Below, piece after piece: positions 1 to 9,678 of a DNA stretch of 64,000 nt. A model generated the notes under the pieces. It was not told the DNA's origin, did not search any database, and was given only the letters and a program-made list of their open reading frames with translations. Position 1 is the stretch's first letter; each line of letters begins with the position of its first letter. This stretch comes from an uncultured Alphaproteobacteria bacterium (lineage in GTDB: Bacteria > Pseudomonadota > Alphaproteobacteria > RF32 > CAG-239), in contig CALXVW010000051.1 in NCBI GenBank assembly GCA_944392185.1, forward strand, positions 610-64,609. Direction: 5' to 3'. Both the position numbers and the translations under genes were made by a program.

Positions 1-341
1 ACATACTGACTGATAAACATTTTCATCAGTTTATCTTTAGACGACATATCGGTTGTAATCGGCTCTTCTCTTACTATTTCTTCCGAGGCATCTTGATTAA
101 TAATCAAAAACGGCTCTACTGTTACCATTGGGGCTAAGCGGAACAGGGCCAAAGCTGAACTCATCAATAAAAGCAATGATGCTCCGGCTAAAAATATAAA
201 CAATCTAGACAGCCACAAATAATAGGTCAGCTTAGCTCCTTCACTTTCTTTTTCAAGATGATCCAAGAATTCCGGTGCTTGCCTTGAACCATCTTCAAGG
301 GCTAATGTTTGTCTGCCGTTTTCTATCTGATTTGGTGCCAT
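1..341 (-). CDS. virB8: VirB8-like T4SS inner-membrane protein, N-terminal part (gene continues past the window start)
   Basis: Manual reverse-complement translation from the ATG at 341 gives 113 codons without a stop: MAPNQIENGRQ...LTYYLWLSRLFIFLAGASLLLLMSSALALF (single TM helix)...VTVEPFLIINQD...MFISQYV. This is the VirB8/TrbF topology (short cytoplasmic N-terminus, one TM, periplasmic domain). An AGGAAG RBS lies upstream, with an in-frame TAA before it. The gene sits directly downstream of the virB4-linked genes on the same strand. Confidence 0.5.
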   Translation of the reverse strand, partial: MAPNQIENGRQTLALEDGSRQAPEFLDHLEKESEGAKLTYYLWLSRLFIFLAGASLLLLMSSALALFRLAPMVTVEPFLIINQDASEEIVREEPITTDMSSKDKLMKMFISQY

Positions 342-360
342 CGCTAAAAATTAACTTCCT

Positions 361-3300
361 CTAGTATGTTGCACAATAAGGCGCTTCCGGCAAATTGATG
401 CTATCTGAAGCCTTATTTAGACTATTTATAAATTTATCTGCCACGTCTTCATTTACTTTAGAGGTTTTTATTTCCTCGTCAAGATTATTCTGATCCTCTA
501 CTACACCACCAATAATTGTCATTTCTTCTTTATCTTTTTGTAATGCGCTAATTATGTTTTTTAAGCTTTCTATTCTTTCTGTAACAACATCATTGTCTAC
601 AATGTCAATTTCTTCTATTTGACTTAAAGCTTCCGTTATAGCGCTATTCTTTATATTATTCAGCTTATTCCTTACCAAATTATAATCACTTTCTTTAGCC
701 AAATCCAAACTTGATGATGGTTCATAACCATATTCTCGCAATGTAGCATACAATTTTTCAAGCAGTTCATTATATTGTTTTTCGGCTTCTTCTAATTGCT
801 CTTTCATGTTTCTTTCATTCTCAGCATAGACCAAAAACTCTCCTATTTGATTAAAGGCCAATGGTGCTCTATCATATGCTGCCAGTTTTTTCTTTTTATC
901 ATTACTTAATTCATCTTCAGAATTATTTAATTCGTCTAACAGAGTATAATATGCATTGTATGTTGGCTGACGGAATAACAAATTACCTTCATCATTAGCT
1001 TCAAATAATGTTCCCAGCTCACTGTATGCACAATCTTTTGAGTTCTCACCTTCTCCGTTGCCAAGCTTTATGCTTACTTCTCGGCGTGTATGATATATAT
1101 TTCCAGAGCGTGCCTCTATGTATGAACACTCCGGTAAATCTCCCGTGGCTGACGAACGGATATAATTTCCCTCTCCATCCATATCTACAATAATTGCAGA
1201 ATTTTTTACTTTACACGGCATTGCTCCTCCGCGGAAAAACGAAACCTGTGCACATCCCTCATTTAGCGCTTTTTTCAAATCCATATCTGCTTCAACATAG
1301 CTATGTGAACGCAGCATATATTGCCAAACCTTGGGAATTTCTCCTCCAACGTTCAAAAAATCAGAATTTAGAATCGTCGACGTCTTTGTATTGCCTTCTA
1401 CAAAAGGCTTTACATTCTGAAAATCTGTTTCATCAAAATGGAATACCTCTCTTAACGGCGGTAAATTTTCTATAAAAATTTCTTTGGGAGCTTTTAGATC
1501 TCTTGCCTTTGCCGGACGACCTACAAAATAGTCTTCTTCTTCCGCTGACGTATCTGCCGTTAACAATTTTCCGTACAACTCTATCCCTCGAATTGCCGAA
1601 ATTCCTATAGCATTCACACTTATCGCCATTGCCTTGATATCTTTTATCATGCTTTGATGTATTTGATCTATTTGCTCATGATATTCCGGATTATATAAAT
1701 TATCTCCTAAAGCAGAAATTTGCTTTCTCGCTTGGTTTACTCGCTCTTCTACTTGGCTATATAATGTATCCAGTGCTCTTTGAGCTGAATTTTCTAAGCC
1801 TTGGTAAACTGTCTCTGGTGTAACAATTAATCCAACCTCTTGGTTTAGAGGATAATCTTGCAAAATTGATAATAAATTACTTTTTACATCTTTGGCATAA
1901 TCACCATCTGATTTAGACAACATCTCCGCTGCTTGCTTTATTAAAGAACTTTTTGTTTCTTCCCTCGAAAGCCTTAATCCTAATATTCCTGACTGAGCTT
2001 TTAGCCGATAAGACTTTATCTTATTATCAAGTTCCTCAAGTTGTTTATCCAACGAACTGACAACTTGTTTTTGCCTCTCCACCTTCTTTTCTTGTTCTTC
2101 TATCCCTGATGAAGCCTTGTTCTCTGATACATTACTACTGAATGATGCTGAAAGCTCTTCATAATCTTCAACGGCTGCAATTGATGTATTTCCTGATGGG
2201 CTGGCTTCCAGGCTTGAAGGGAAATCTTCTTTTGCCGTAACTTTTTCTCTCATGGTGGCGCCGGCATCTTCTCTGGCTTGGTTTCTTAAATCTGAAAGGA
2301 CATCACTTTCCGTTTTCAGTTCGGCTGAGGCATTATCTAAACGACTGACCAAGGCCTTTCTTTGCGCTTGTAAAGCAGCCAGACCACTTTGATAATCCTC
2401 CTCATATCCCGACAATGTTTGCTCTCCTTTTGAATCTGCCTCTTGAATTTCTGTGGATAACTGCTCTTCCAGTGCAACGGCTTCTTTGCGCCGCAAAGTA
2501 TTGTCTATTGACGCTTCTCCTCCTTTTAGGCGCTCTGCAACGACAGCTAAAACATCATTTTTCGTGAACGAGGTTAAATAGCTTTTTATATTGGCATATT
2601 TTTTATCCAAATATTGATTGTAAAAGCTTTTTACGTCTTGCCAAACAGAAAACGCTGGTGTTTTCAGTTCTTTTCCCCATTTTGCGGAATCTGCCGCTAA
2701 CATCTTGGAGGCTTCAGATCCTATTTGCCAAGACAGCATACGACTTGCCCGAGCCTCTGCCACCGCCTTTTCTTCTTTGCTCTTTCCGGGGCTTAGGCTT
2801 CCTTGATCCTCAATCTCTGCCATGTTCTTTTTAGTATCTGTCGGATCTGACAAATCAACATTTTCATAATCTATATCCATCGCTATAATATCGCTGCTGC
2901 TGGTTTCCGTCGTCTCGGCTGCTTTTGCTGCCTCATAGGCTTTATATGCCCAGCCAGATATGCCGCTGCGTGAATCATAATCCGTAACATTGGCTCCTCC
3001 TCCCCATACACTTGAGGCATTGCTGAAGTGGCGACCAATATAACTTTTGGCGCAACTGTCTGCTTTTTTTAAAGAGATGAGTGCTTTCTCATATTTTTCT
3101 CTCATCTCCTGCACACTTTCCGCCGCATTCTTATAATCACTTAAGCCATGTATGAGATTGTGAACATCTCTGGCTTTATTGACCTCCTCATCTATAGGCT
3201 CAAGTTTGTCTAATTCTGCCATCTTATCTTCTTCATAGATATAGGCGTGTTTTTCTGGTGAGGCATCCGGAACAACAAATGTCAGCGCACCATCAACATA

Positions 3301-4308
3301 TTGTTGTGATTTATCATTAGATAGAGTAACGGCACTTTCAACTTGAGATAAAGATAAAACCGAGCTTTTTTCAGATTGTGTCATGCCTACTTGGGCAAAG
3401 CTCAAAAGTTCTGAATGGTGTATGGCCGCCTGTGCATAAACTTTACTCAATGGAAAGGCAAAAGCTTGTGTTTCCGTGCTTTGCTCTGATCCACCTTCTG
3501 CACCTGTGGCTTCTTCTGCCGCCGCAGCTTGTGCCGCTGCTTCTTCTGCTGCTCCAGATGTATCGGCTGTTTGATCTTTTACTCCTTCGACATAAGCCAA
3601 TGGTTTAGTTTGATAAATAACTTTTGCTGCAATAAATTGCGCTTTTAAGGCTGTTACCTTAAGCAAGGTCTGATATAAATTATCTACCGTCTTGAATGCC
3701 AAACCTTCCATAAATATAGCATCATTATTACCTTCCGGCGTGTTATCATTACCACAATCTGTTCTCTCCCCTTTTATACAACCAATGTTTTTATCAATAG
3801 TGGGTTGAATGTTTTGTTCTAATTCTTCTTGAAGTGCACCGGCTGCCGTAAAAATTTCAATTACTGTATCTTTGTAAAACTCTTCTTTATAATTTTCATA
3901 CTGTTGCTGTTCCAGCGTATCATTGCTCGGATATTGCAAAAATAGTATTTTGATCAAATCATAAACATTATCGGCCGAATCATTTTTATACTGTTTGCCC
4001 AAATACATGCAGGTTTCCATCGGTTTTTGCCCAGGTTGTAAAGAATAATTATTAATCAATGTGCTCATTTCACCATTATAAACCGACTTTGCTGCCGCTC
4101 GTAGATTGTTAATATTATCTTGGGTGGTTTTAATGTCTTTTTGTGTCTTGTTTGCCAAATCTGCCGAACCTTGAATATATGAAGCGGCTTCATCAACAAA
4201 ATCCGGCATTGGGTATGAATCTATTGCCAAACCCCAAAATGCTTGTGCCTTCCTACTTATCAGAAGAAGTGCCACACTCAAAAATATATATACATATTTT
4301 CTCATCAT
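361..4308 (-). CDS. 1315-aa secreted protein (signal peptide, acidic, largely alpha-helical/coiled-coil, no TM helices); T4SS-associated, function unknown
   Basis: The N-terminus MMRKYVYIFLSVALLLISRKAQA is a signal peptide. The long ORF is Glu/Lys/Ala/Ser-rich and contains low-complexity AAQAAAAEEATGAEGG. It is the last gene before the virB8-like gene in the minus-strand T4SS operon. Confidence 0.6.
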   Translation of the reverse strand: MMRKYVYIFLSVALLLISRKAQAFWGLAIDSYPMPDFVDEAASYIQGSADLANKTQKDIKTTQDNINNLRAAAKSVYNGEMSTLINNYSLQPGQKPMETCMYLGKQYKNDSADNVYDLIKILFLQYPSNDTLEQQQYENYKEEFYKDTVIEIFTAAGALQEELEQNIQPTIDKNIGCIKGERTDCGNDNTPEGNNDAIFMEGLAFKTVDNLYQTLLKVTALKAQFIAAKVIYQTKPLAYVEGVKDQTADTSGAAEEAAAQAAAAEEATGAEGGSEQSTETQAFAFPLSKVYAQAAIHHSELLSFAQVGMTQSEKSSVLSLSQVESAVTLSNDKSQQYVDGALTFVVPDASPEKHAYIYEEDKMAELDKLEPIDEEVNKARDVHNLIHGLSDYKNAAESVQEMREKYEKALISLKKADSCAKSYIGRHFSNASSVWGGGANVTDYDSRSGISGWAYKAYEAAKAAETTETSSSDIIAMDIDYENVDLSDPTDTKKNMAEIEDQGSLSPGKSKEEKAVAEARASRMLSWQIGSEASKMLAADSAKWGKELKTPAFSVWQDVKSFYNQYLDKKYANIKSYLTSFTKNDVLAVVAERLKGGEASIDNTLRRKEAVALEEQLSTEIQEADSKGEQTLSGYEEDYQSGLAALQAQRKALVSRLDNASAELKTESDVLSDLRNQAREDAGATMREKVTAKEDFPSSLEASPSGNTSIAAVEDYEELSASFSSNVSENKASSGIEEQEKKVERQKQVVSSLDKQLEELDNKIKSYRLKAQSGILGLRLSREETKSSLIKQAAEMLSKSDGDYAKDVKSNLLSILQDYPLNQEVGLIVTPETVYQGLENSAQRALDTLYSQVEERVNQARKQISALGDNLYNPEYHEQIDQIHQSMIKDIKAMAISVNAIGISAIRGIELYGKLLTADTSAEEEDYFVGRPAKARDLKAPKEIFIENLPPLREVFHFDETDFQNVKPFVEGNTKTSTILNSDFLNVGGEIPKVWQYMLRSHSYVEADMDLKKALNEGCAQVSFFRGGAMPCKVKNSAIIVDMDGEGNYIRSSATGDLPECSYIEARSGNIYHTRREVSIKLGNGEGENSKDCAYSELGTLFEANDEGNLLFRQPTYNAYYTLLDELNNSEDELSNDKKKKLAAYDRAPLAFNQIGEFLVYAENERNMKEQLEEAEKQYNELLEKLYATLREYGYEPSSSLDLAKESDYNLVRNKLNNIKNSAITEALSQIEEIDIVDNDVVTERIESLKNIISALQKDKEEMTIIGGVVEDQNNLDEEIKTSKVNEDVADKFINSLNKASDSINLPEAPYCATY

Positions 4309-5753
4309 CAGAACACTCCTATGGTTGAAGGATCTACATCTATATTATAATTTTTGCCTACACCTTGGGCTTCTTTTGCCATATCTTTGACCTGCTGATA
4401 TTGATCTGTTGCATTATTTATACCTGCTTTTACTTCGCTCGCCTTTTCTTGCGCCTTGCTAACATTTTCTTTTACCTGAGAAGCACTTTCTTGCAGTTTG
4501 TTTACTGATGACATTGCCTTGTCTGCTTTCTTCTTTAATCCTTCTGCCCCAACATTTGATGAATCCGTATAATTACAAAGATTGAATTTATCCTTTAGAG
4601 GGACTGAATTTATTCTTCGCAAGCTGTTTACTTCTATTGATGCTTGCAATTTTAGATCTGCCAAAACAACATCTATATAACTGCGCAAAATTTTCAACTG
4701 CTCCGTTAAGACCTCTGCACTAATTCCCGAACCTTCCGATTCTCCCGGCATAGTATCCCCCAAATCTTCTTTTGAATCTGTTTTTTCTTGTGTTATCGCT
4801 CTTGAAAGTTGTTTGTCTGCTTTAATTGTTGTGGTTTCTACAATTACATCGCTCAAAGCTTCTTTTCTTTGTTTTTTTATCTTATTTTCTTCTTTGATAC
4901 TTGGCGCCTTGTAAAATAAAAACTTATTTTGAGTTTCCTGCAACGCCTCTGATGTATCTTTCGTTTCTTTTTTTATTAGAGTGCTTGAACCACTTGCTTC
5001 CGACAGTTCTTGTGTTAATTTGGCAATTTTTTCGCTTTGCTCCAGAATTTTTTCTTCATATTCATCTTCAATATTTTCAAATTCGCTTTCATAGTCCTCC
5101 AATTGCATATCTAATTCATTTTGTATCTGTTCTATTTCTTCTTCTATTGTCTCCATTTCCGGACTTTTTTCTAGTTCTTTATCTTCTAATTTTGATAAAT
5201 CTCCTTCTGCTTTTGTCAAAATGACACCTTCTTCGCCATCTGTAGATGCTGTATCCTCCATACTTTGCTCTAAATTTGCAATGTTTTGCCTAACATTATT
5301 TATTTTGGCCGATGTTTGCTCTTTCAACAAATCCATTTCTGCTTGAATTGATTCTTGTTTCTTTAATTTCTCCTCTTGCAGTTCTTTTAGCTTTTGGCTC
5401 TCTTCTGCTATTTCTTTAGAAATCATGGCCGTTTTACATTCTTGGCTATTTAAAGTTGACTCCGTAACTTCTCCATATAGTTCCGAGTTCTTAGTTTGTA
5501 AGTCATCTGCATATGATATACCTTCTTTGGTATACTTAATTCCATCACCGACAAATTGACCAAATTGTGACGTTTGAATTCCCTCCAAAGTCTTTTCACA
5601 TGAGGCTTTTTGCGTTTGAAACCAAATCGAAAGTTTAGACGGCGTTTTGGTGGCATCAACTTTAGTAAATTGCGCTTGCACATCGGGAATGGTTGCAAAA
5701 AAAATGCTCCCAAAGAATAATACATTCAGCAATAAATATAAATTCCTCTTCAT
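4308..5753 (-). CDS. 481-aa secreted acidic coiled-coil protein (TrbJ/VirB5-like position), function unknown
   Basis: Signal peptide MKRNLYLLLNVLFFGSIFFATIPDVQAQ. Long heptad-like Glu/Lys/Gln-rich segments. Start overlaps the stop of the upstream gene (translational coupling). Confidence 0.55.
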   Translation of the reverse strand: MKRNLYLLLNVLFFGSIFFATIPDVQAQFTKVDATKTPSKLSIWFQTQKASCEKTLEGIQTSQFGQFVGDGIKYTKEGISYADDLQTKNSELYGEVTESTLNSQECKTAMISKEIAEESQKLKELQEEKLKKQESIQAEMDLLKEQTSAKINNVRQNIANLEQSMEDTASTDGEEGVILTKAEGDLSKLEDKELEKSPEMETIEEEIEQIQNELDMQLEDYESEFENIEDEYEEKILEQSEKIAKLTQELSEASGSSTLIKKETKDTSEALQETQNKFLFYKAPSIKEENKIKKQRKEALSDVIVETTTIKADKQLSRAITQEKTDSKEDLGDTMPGESEGSGISAEVLTEQLKILRSYIDVVLADLKLQASIEVNSLRRINSVPLKDKFNLCNYTDSSNVGAEGLKKKADKAMSSVNKLQESASQVKENVSKAQEKASEVKAGINNATDQYQQVKDMAKEAQGVGKNYNIDVDPSTIGVF

Positions 5754-6244
5754 TGCTCCGCCTCCTCTGATGTGCTATTGGATGTCGATACCTCATCCAT
5801 TCCGGCAAGCATTTGAGTACTTTGTAAATTTACTATTGCCGTTTCCAATTCTACAATTTGTTTCAGACGTAATGCTATGTTTTTTACTTGGCTCTTAACG
5901 TTGTTTTGAAGTATTTCTTGTTTATTGGTTGACCCCATTGTATTCTCAGAAACATCTTCGCCTCCGTCTTCATTGCTCATGCTTGCTCGAATCGACAAGG
6001 CCTCTGCATATAGTCTGGCCGCATATTCTGCTATGGTCTCTTGGGTCTTTTGGGACATCTCTTGAGCATCTGTTATGGTTCCTCTTTTGGGCGTGTTTTG
6101 TTCAATAATTATATTTATATTATCACTGACTTTTTGAGGATCTTCTATGTACGACGGAATCTCAAAGGCTCTTGTCTCTTTGATTATGAAAATACTGCTA
6201 CAAAGGATAATCAGCAAATTTATTTTCTTATTTTTCATCTGCAC
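5750..6244 (-). CDS. 164-aa secreted protein, T4SS operon member, unknown function
   Basis: Signal peptide MQMKNKKINLLIILCSSIFIIKETRA. Overlaps neighbouring genes by 4 nt (5750/5753) and 17 nt (6228/6244). Confidence 0.5.
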   Translation of the reverse strand: MQMKNKKINLLIILCSSIFIIKETRAFEIPSYIEDPQKVSDNINIIIEQNTPKRGTITDAQEMSQKTQETIAEYAARLYAEALSIRASMSNEDGGEDVSENTMGSTNKQEILQNNVKSQVKNIALRLKQIVELETAIVNLQSTQMLAGMDEVSTSNSTSEEAEQ

Positions 6245-7364
6245 TCTCCTTTATTGCTTGTTTTGATGCTCCAAAACTTTGACGACGGCTCTCTCTCAGC
6301 GCTTTTAACTTTGCCTCATCTCCCGCTTTTAACTCCGCCTGCAAATCTTCAATGGTTAACTGAGGACCTGCATTTTCTTTTCGCTCTTTTGCTTTGAGCT
6401 GATCGGACATCAATAATTGTTCTTCCAAATTAAATTCACTTGTGGCTTCTGAGGCTTCTACAACATCTTTATTTTCAACTTCACTCAATTCTAAAACTTC
6501 ATCCGCAGAAATTGTGGTCATCATTTGCGGGGTAGTCATTGCTGTGGGCAGCACGACATCGGTTACAACCCCTTCTTGTTCGGACGTCAATGCCTCTATG
6601 GCGGTCAATGCCTGATTTGACTCCGACGGCAACAAGGTTTTTGGAGAAGATATTTGATCTGTTTCTTCTTCACCTGGCTCCTCTGAGGTCTCTGAATCTT
6701 GTTCATCAACAACCATTGCCTCTGATGTTAAAGTCTTGGCTTCAGAAATCTCGTCATTGGCATTTGTTTCTTCTGATGAAGAGATTCCTGCTTTCTCTTT
6801 TGCCGTATCTAATGTACCGCTTGCTTTATCTTGTGCTGAATTTACAGTCCCTTCCGCCGCATCTTTTAGTGCCGATGCATTTTCTTTTGCATTTTCTAAT
6901 GCTGTTTTACCTTCTTCAACCTTATCTTTTGCTTCTTCAACCTTATCTTTTGCTTCTTCAACCTTCTTCATTGCATCGTCATATTTTTTCTTTAATTCAT
7001 CGGCTTTTTCCTTTAGCTCATTGGCTTTCTTAGTTAAAGCCTCTTTTTTTTCTTTTGCTTTCTCTGCCAACACTTTGGCTTTGTTATATTTTTCTTGAGC
7101 TTTATTATAGCGATCTTTTATTTTTTTTGCCTTCTTTGTCTTTTTTTGAACCTCATTAACATCTCCGAGTTCACCTATTTTGCTTTGAGTATATGTATTA
7201 GCATAATTGGCATATTCTTCTTGAACCGAACTTGCATCTTTTACCAAACCATTGGCGTAATCAACCGTATTTACTATTGGATCTGTTACTGCATAACAAC
7301 ATGTGCCGCCAAGCACTAAAAATAGCGCTGTCAAAATTATTCCATATGGCAGACGGCAAAACAT
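6228..7364 (-). CDS. 378-aa secreted Lys/Glu-rich coiled-coil protein, paralog of the 539-aa protein
   Basis: Signal peptide MFCRLPYGIILTALFLVLGGTCCYA. Carries a KDKVEEA tandem repeat and the motif AKEKAGISSSEE, shared with AKDKAGISTDKG in the 539-aa protein. Confidence 0.55.
   Translation of the reverse strand: MFCRLPYGIILTALFLVLGGTCCYAVTDPIVNTVDYANGLVKDASSVQEEYANYANTYTQSKIGELGDVNEVQKKTKKAKKIKDRYNKAQEKYNKAKVLAEKAKEKKEALTKKANELKEKADELKKKYDDAMKKVEEAKDKVEEAKDKVEEGKTALENAKENASALKDAAEGTVNSAQDKASGTLDTAKEKAGISSSEETNANDEISEAKTLTSEAMVVDEQDSETSEEPGEEETDQISSPKTLLPSESNQALTAIEALTSEQEGVVTDVVLPTAMTTPQMMTTISADEVLELSEVENKDVVEASEATSEFNLEEQLLMSDQLKAKERKENAGPQLTIEDLQAELKAGDEAKLKALRESRRQSFGASKQAIKESADEK
6911..6973. 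repeat. 21-bp coding tandem repeat (CTTCTTCAACCTTATCTTTTG, 2 perfect and 1 degenerate copy) inside the 378-aa gene
   Basis: Directly visible in the sequence. Encodes the KDKVEEA repeat. Confidence 0.7.
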
Positions 7365-8029
7365 TAATCTTTCTCCTCATTTTGCTCCGACAATCGATAT
7401 GGCGCATCATATCTAAAGAATGCCTCCATCATATCCAAGCCTACTCTTGTTGAATATATATCAATTACTTGCAACAAATTCTCTGAACTGCGTCCTGACA
7501 TTTTTATATTTTTTGTTTGTTTGGTTCGCAAATCACTGCCATCTGCAGCCGCCTCCCCTCCTGCTGCTGCAGAACCGCTTTGTACCTCGTTATCTTCTTC
7601 TAATTTTTCATCTCGGGTTGCTTCATAATTTCCTGCCGCAGATTTAGTCGTTAAGGCCTTTTCTAACGCATCTTTGCTTACCTGATGCATGACCTCTTGT
7701 TCAATATTTAAAAGATCCTTACCCTCTGCCGCAAGCTTATCCAAACACTCATTTAATTTATATTTATCTCTGCCCTCTTTTGAGGATATTCCACAATGCA
7801 TGGCTATCCGTTTAGGAATTATCAAATCTCCTGCAGGACCGGTTCCGTCATCCATCTCAACATCTGCGGCCGAAACTTGTTTCTCTTCTTCCTTTGATGT
7901 TTCATTTTCTTGGGCATAAACTATAGATACTGCAAAAATAAAACTTAGGCAGCATAACATCCTAAAATATGTCAGATGCCTATTCATCTTCATCTCCTGA
8001 TTCTGCCGGAACAAACGAATAACTGCCAT
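7364..8029 (-). CDS. 221-aa secreted protein sharing a Cys-containing domain with the 539-aa protein
   Basis: Internal hydrophobic segment LTYFRMLCCLSFIFAVSIVYAQ (probable signal peptide). Motif DLIIPKRIAMHCGISSKEGRDKYKLNECLDKL matches TVIIPRALAMYCGLSSSDALEENKMDECLLKL in the ORF at 7980-9599. Confidence 0.5.
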   Translation of the reverse strand: MAVIRLFRQNQEMKMNRHLTYFRMLCCLSFIFAVSIVYAQENETSKEEEKQVSAADVEMDDGTGPAGDLIIPKRIAMHCGISSKEGRDKYKLNECLDKLAAEGKDLLNIEQEVMHQVSKDALEKALTTKSAAGNYEATRDEKLEEDNEVQSGSAAAGGEAAADGSDLRTKQTKNIKMSGRSSENLLQVIDIYSTRVGLDMMEAFFRYDAPYRLSEQNEEKD

Positions 8030-9599
8030 AGTTATACAAACTTTGAACCATCAATTGAGAACTAAAAACCTTTAACAACCCGTTCATTTGCATATCTATG
8101 GCTTTGTTTAGCTCAACAATATTATCATATACTGCTTGAGCATCTAATTCTGGCGCAAATTCTACCGCATCAATAAAATTTTCTTCAAAACTGTCGGCAT
8201 CTTGTCTGGCCTTGTAAGCTTCTGCCATGCTCGCTGCCACATATTGTGCCAGTGCTTGATTGTAAACTTTTGGAGCATCACTTCCGGAAAATAATTGCGC
8301 ACTTTGCTTTTCTTTGTTTAATTTTAATAAACATTCATCCATTTTATTTTCTTCTAATGCATCACTTGAACTTAAACCACAATACATTGCCAGTGCCCGA
8401 GGAATAATGACCGTTCCGTTAGAATCCGTACCTCCATCCGGTAAGTTTAATAGCTCAACTTTAGCAAACATTAACGTTTCTGAGTGATGTAATGAAGATG
8501 TCGTAAAAGCTTTTCTTAGCTGAATATGCTCTGTCGGAACCGCAACCGATGGTTTCACTGTCTCTATTGGCGAAAGATCTTTTACCGCTTTTGTTTTTGC
8601 AGAATCTATTGTTGCTTTCTCTTGCTGTTTAATGCTTTTAGCCTCCATAATGGCCACTTCTGCTTCCGTTGCTTTTGATGCCGTTGTTTCGTCAACACTT
8701 ACTTGCTTATCTTGAATTTGTGATATTTTTGCCTTTAATGCATTTAGTTTCTGAGTTTCTTCTTCTGATAATGAATCCTTGCTTTCCAGTTGGTTGAAAG
8801 TATTTTGCTCTTCTTCTGTTAAGATTGATGATAATTCATTATTTGTCTTCTCTATTTTTGCATCCGTATCTGCTGCGTCCGTATCTGTGCCTGCTGCATC
8901 TGTGCCTGCCGCATCTGTGCCTGCCGCATCTGTGCCTGTATTATCTCCTTCAAACGGAATGCGGCTTGATGTTGGATCTGTTTCGGCAGCATTTTCCTTT
9001 GCTGTGTTCGTTTGGGCGTCTATTAAAACAGATTCATTTGTATCGGTAACAGCATCCGTCGTATCTGCTTCAACGTCTACCTCGGTGTCCGCTTTCTCTT
9101 CTTGTCCCTTATCTGTAGAAATTCCGGCTTTATCTTTAGCGGCATCTAGTTTACTATCCGCAACATCCTGAGCTGCAGAGGCTGTTTCTTTAGCCGTTTC
9201 AACTCCATCTTCTGCTTGCTCTTTTAGCTCTTTGGCCTTAGCAATGTTTTCATCTAATTGCTTTTTATATTGATCATACTCTTTTTTATACTCTTCTGCT
9301 TTCTTTTGATATTCTTGAACTTTTGCAATCTTTTCTTCCAATTTTTCTTTATTGGCTACTACATATTCTGAAACACTTTTTTTAGCCGTTCCTATGGCCG
9401 TACTGGTTTTTTGAACAGTTTGCATGGTGCCTACCACCGTCTTGCTTTCTTTAACTTCCGTAAACCATTGTTTAACTGTTTTTCCGGTACTTTGTGTATC
9501 CGTTACAACTGCTTGTGCCTGTACTTCTTCTGCACAAAAACCTATATACAGAAAGGCCAGAAAACCTCTCAGAAGTTTTTTCCAAAAACCTTTTTCCAT
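7980..9599 (-). CDS. 539-aa secreted acidic coiled-coil protein with TDAAG tandem repeat; helical C-terminus loosely VirB5/TraC-like
   Basis: Signal peptide MEKGFWKKLLRGFLAFLYIGFCAEEVQAQA. Contains in-frame 15-bp DNA repeats encoding (TDAAG)n. Shares two motifs with neighbouring paralogs. Sits immediately downstream of virB4. Confidence 0.55.
   Translation of the reverse strand: MEKGFWKKLLRGFLAFLYIGFCAEEVQAQAVVTDTQSTGKTVKQWFTEVKESKTVVGTMQTVQKTSTAIGTAKKSVSEYVVANKEKLEEKIAKVQEYQKKAEEYKKEYDQYKKQLDENIAKAKELKEQAEDGVETAKETASAAQDVADSKLDAAKDKAGISTDKGQEEKADTEVDVEADTTDAVTDTNESVLIDAQTNTAKENAAETDPTSSRIPFEGDNTGTDAAGTDAAGTDAAGTDTDAADTDAKIEKTNNELSSILTEEEQNTFNQLESKDSLSEEETQKLNALKAKISQIQDKQVSVDETTASKATEAEVAIMEAKSIKQQEKATIDSAKTKAVKDLSPIETVKPSVAVPTEHIQLRKAFTTSSLHHSETLMFAKVELLNLPDGGTDSNGTVIIPRALAMYCGLSSSDALEENKMDECLLKLNKEKQSAQLFSGSDAPKVYNQALAQYVAASMAEAYKARQDADSFEENFIDAVEFAPELDAQAVYDNIVELNKAIDMQMNGLLKVFSSQLMVQSLYNYGSYSFVPAESGDEDE
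8866..8940. repeat. 15-bp coding tandem repeat (about 5 copies, GCATCTGTGCCTGCC unit) inside the 539-aa gene
   Basis: Directly visible: gcatctgtgcctgcc twice in perfect form, plus degenerate copies on each side. Encodes TDAAG repeats. Candidate slipped-strand variable region. Confidence 0.7.
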
Positions 9600-9678
9600 T
9601 GCAACCTCCTGTATATAAATCTTATACTTTTATAATAGCACATTCTGCCATTCAAATAAATCCGTTTACTTTGTTTTC

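Noticed and set aside
8866-8940. Possible CRISPR-like array from the short tandem repeats
   Set aside because: The units are contiguous with no spacers. They are in frame within a long ORF and only 15-21 bp. They are coding VNTRs, not CRISPR.
6539-9171. Plus-strand ORFs (for example 6539-7033, 6736-7098, 8779-9171, 8825-9049) rich in Ser/Ala/Leu/Phe
   Set aside because: They lie antisense to the minus-strand coiled-coil genes and are low-complexity translations of the complementary Glu/Lys/Ala codons. They have no RBS or independent support.
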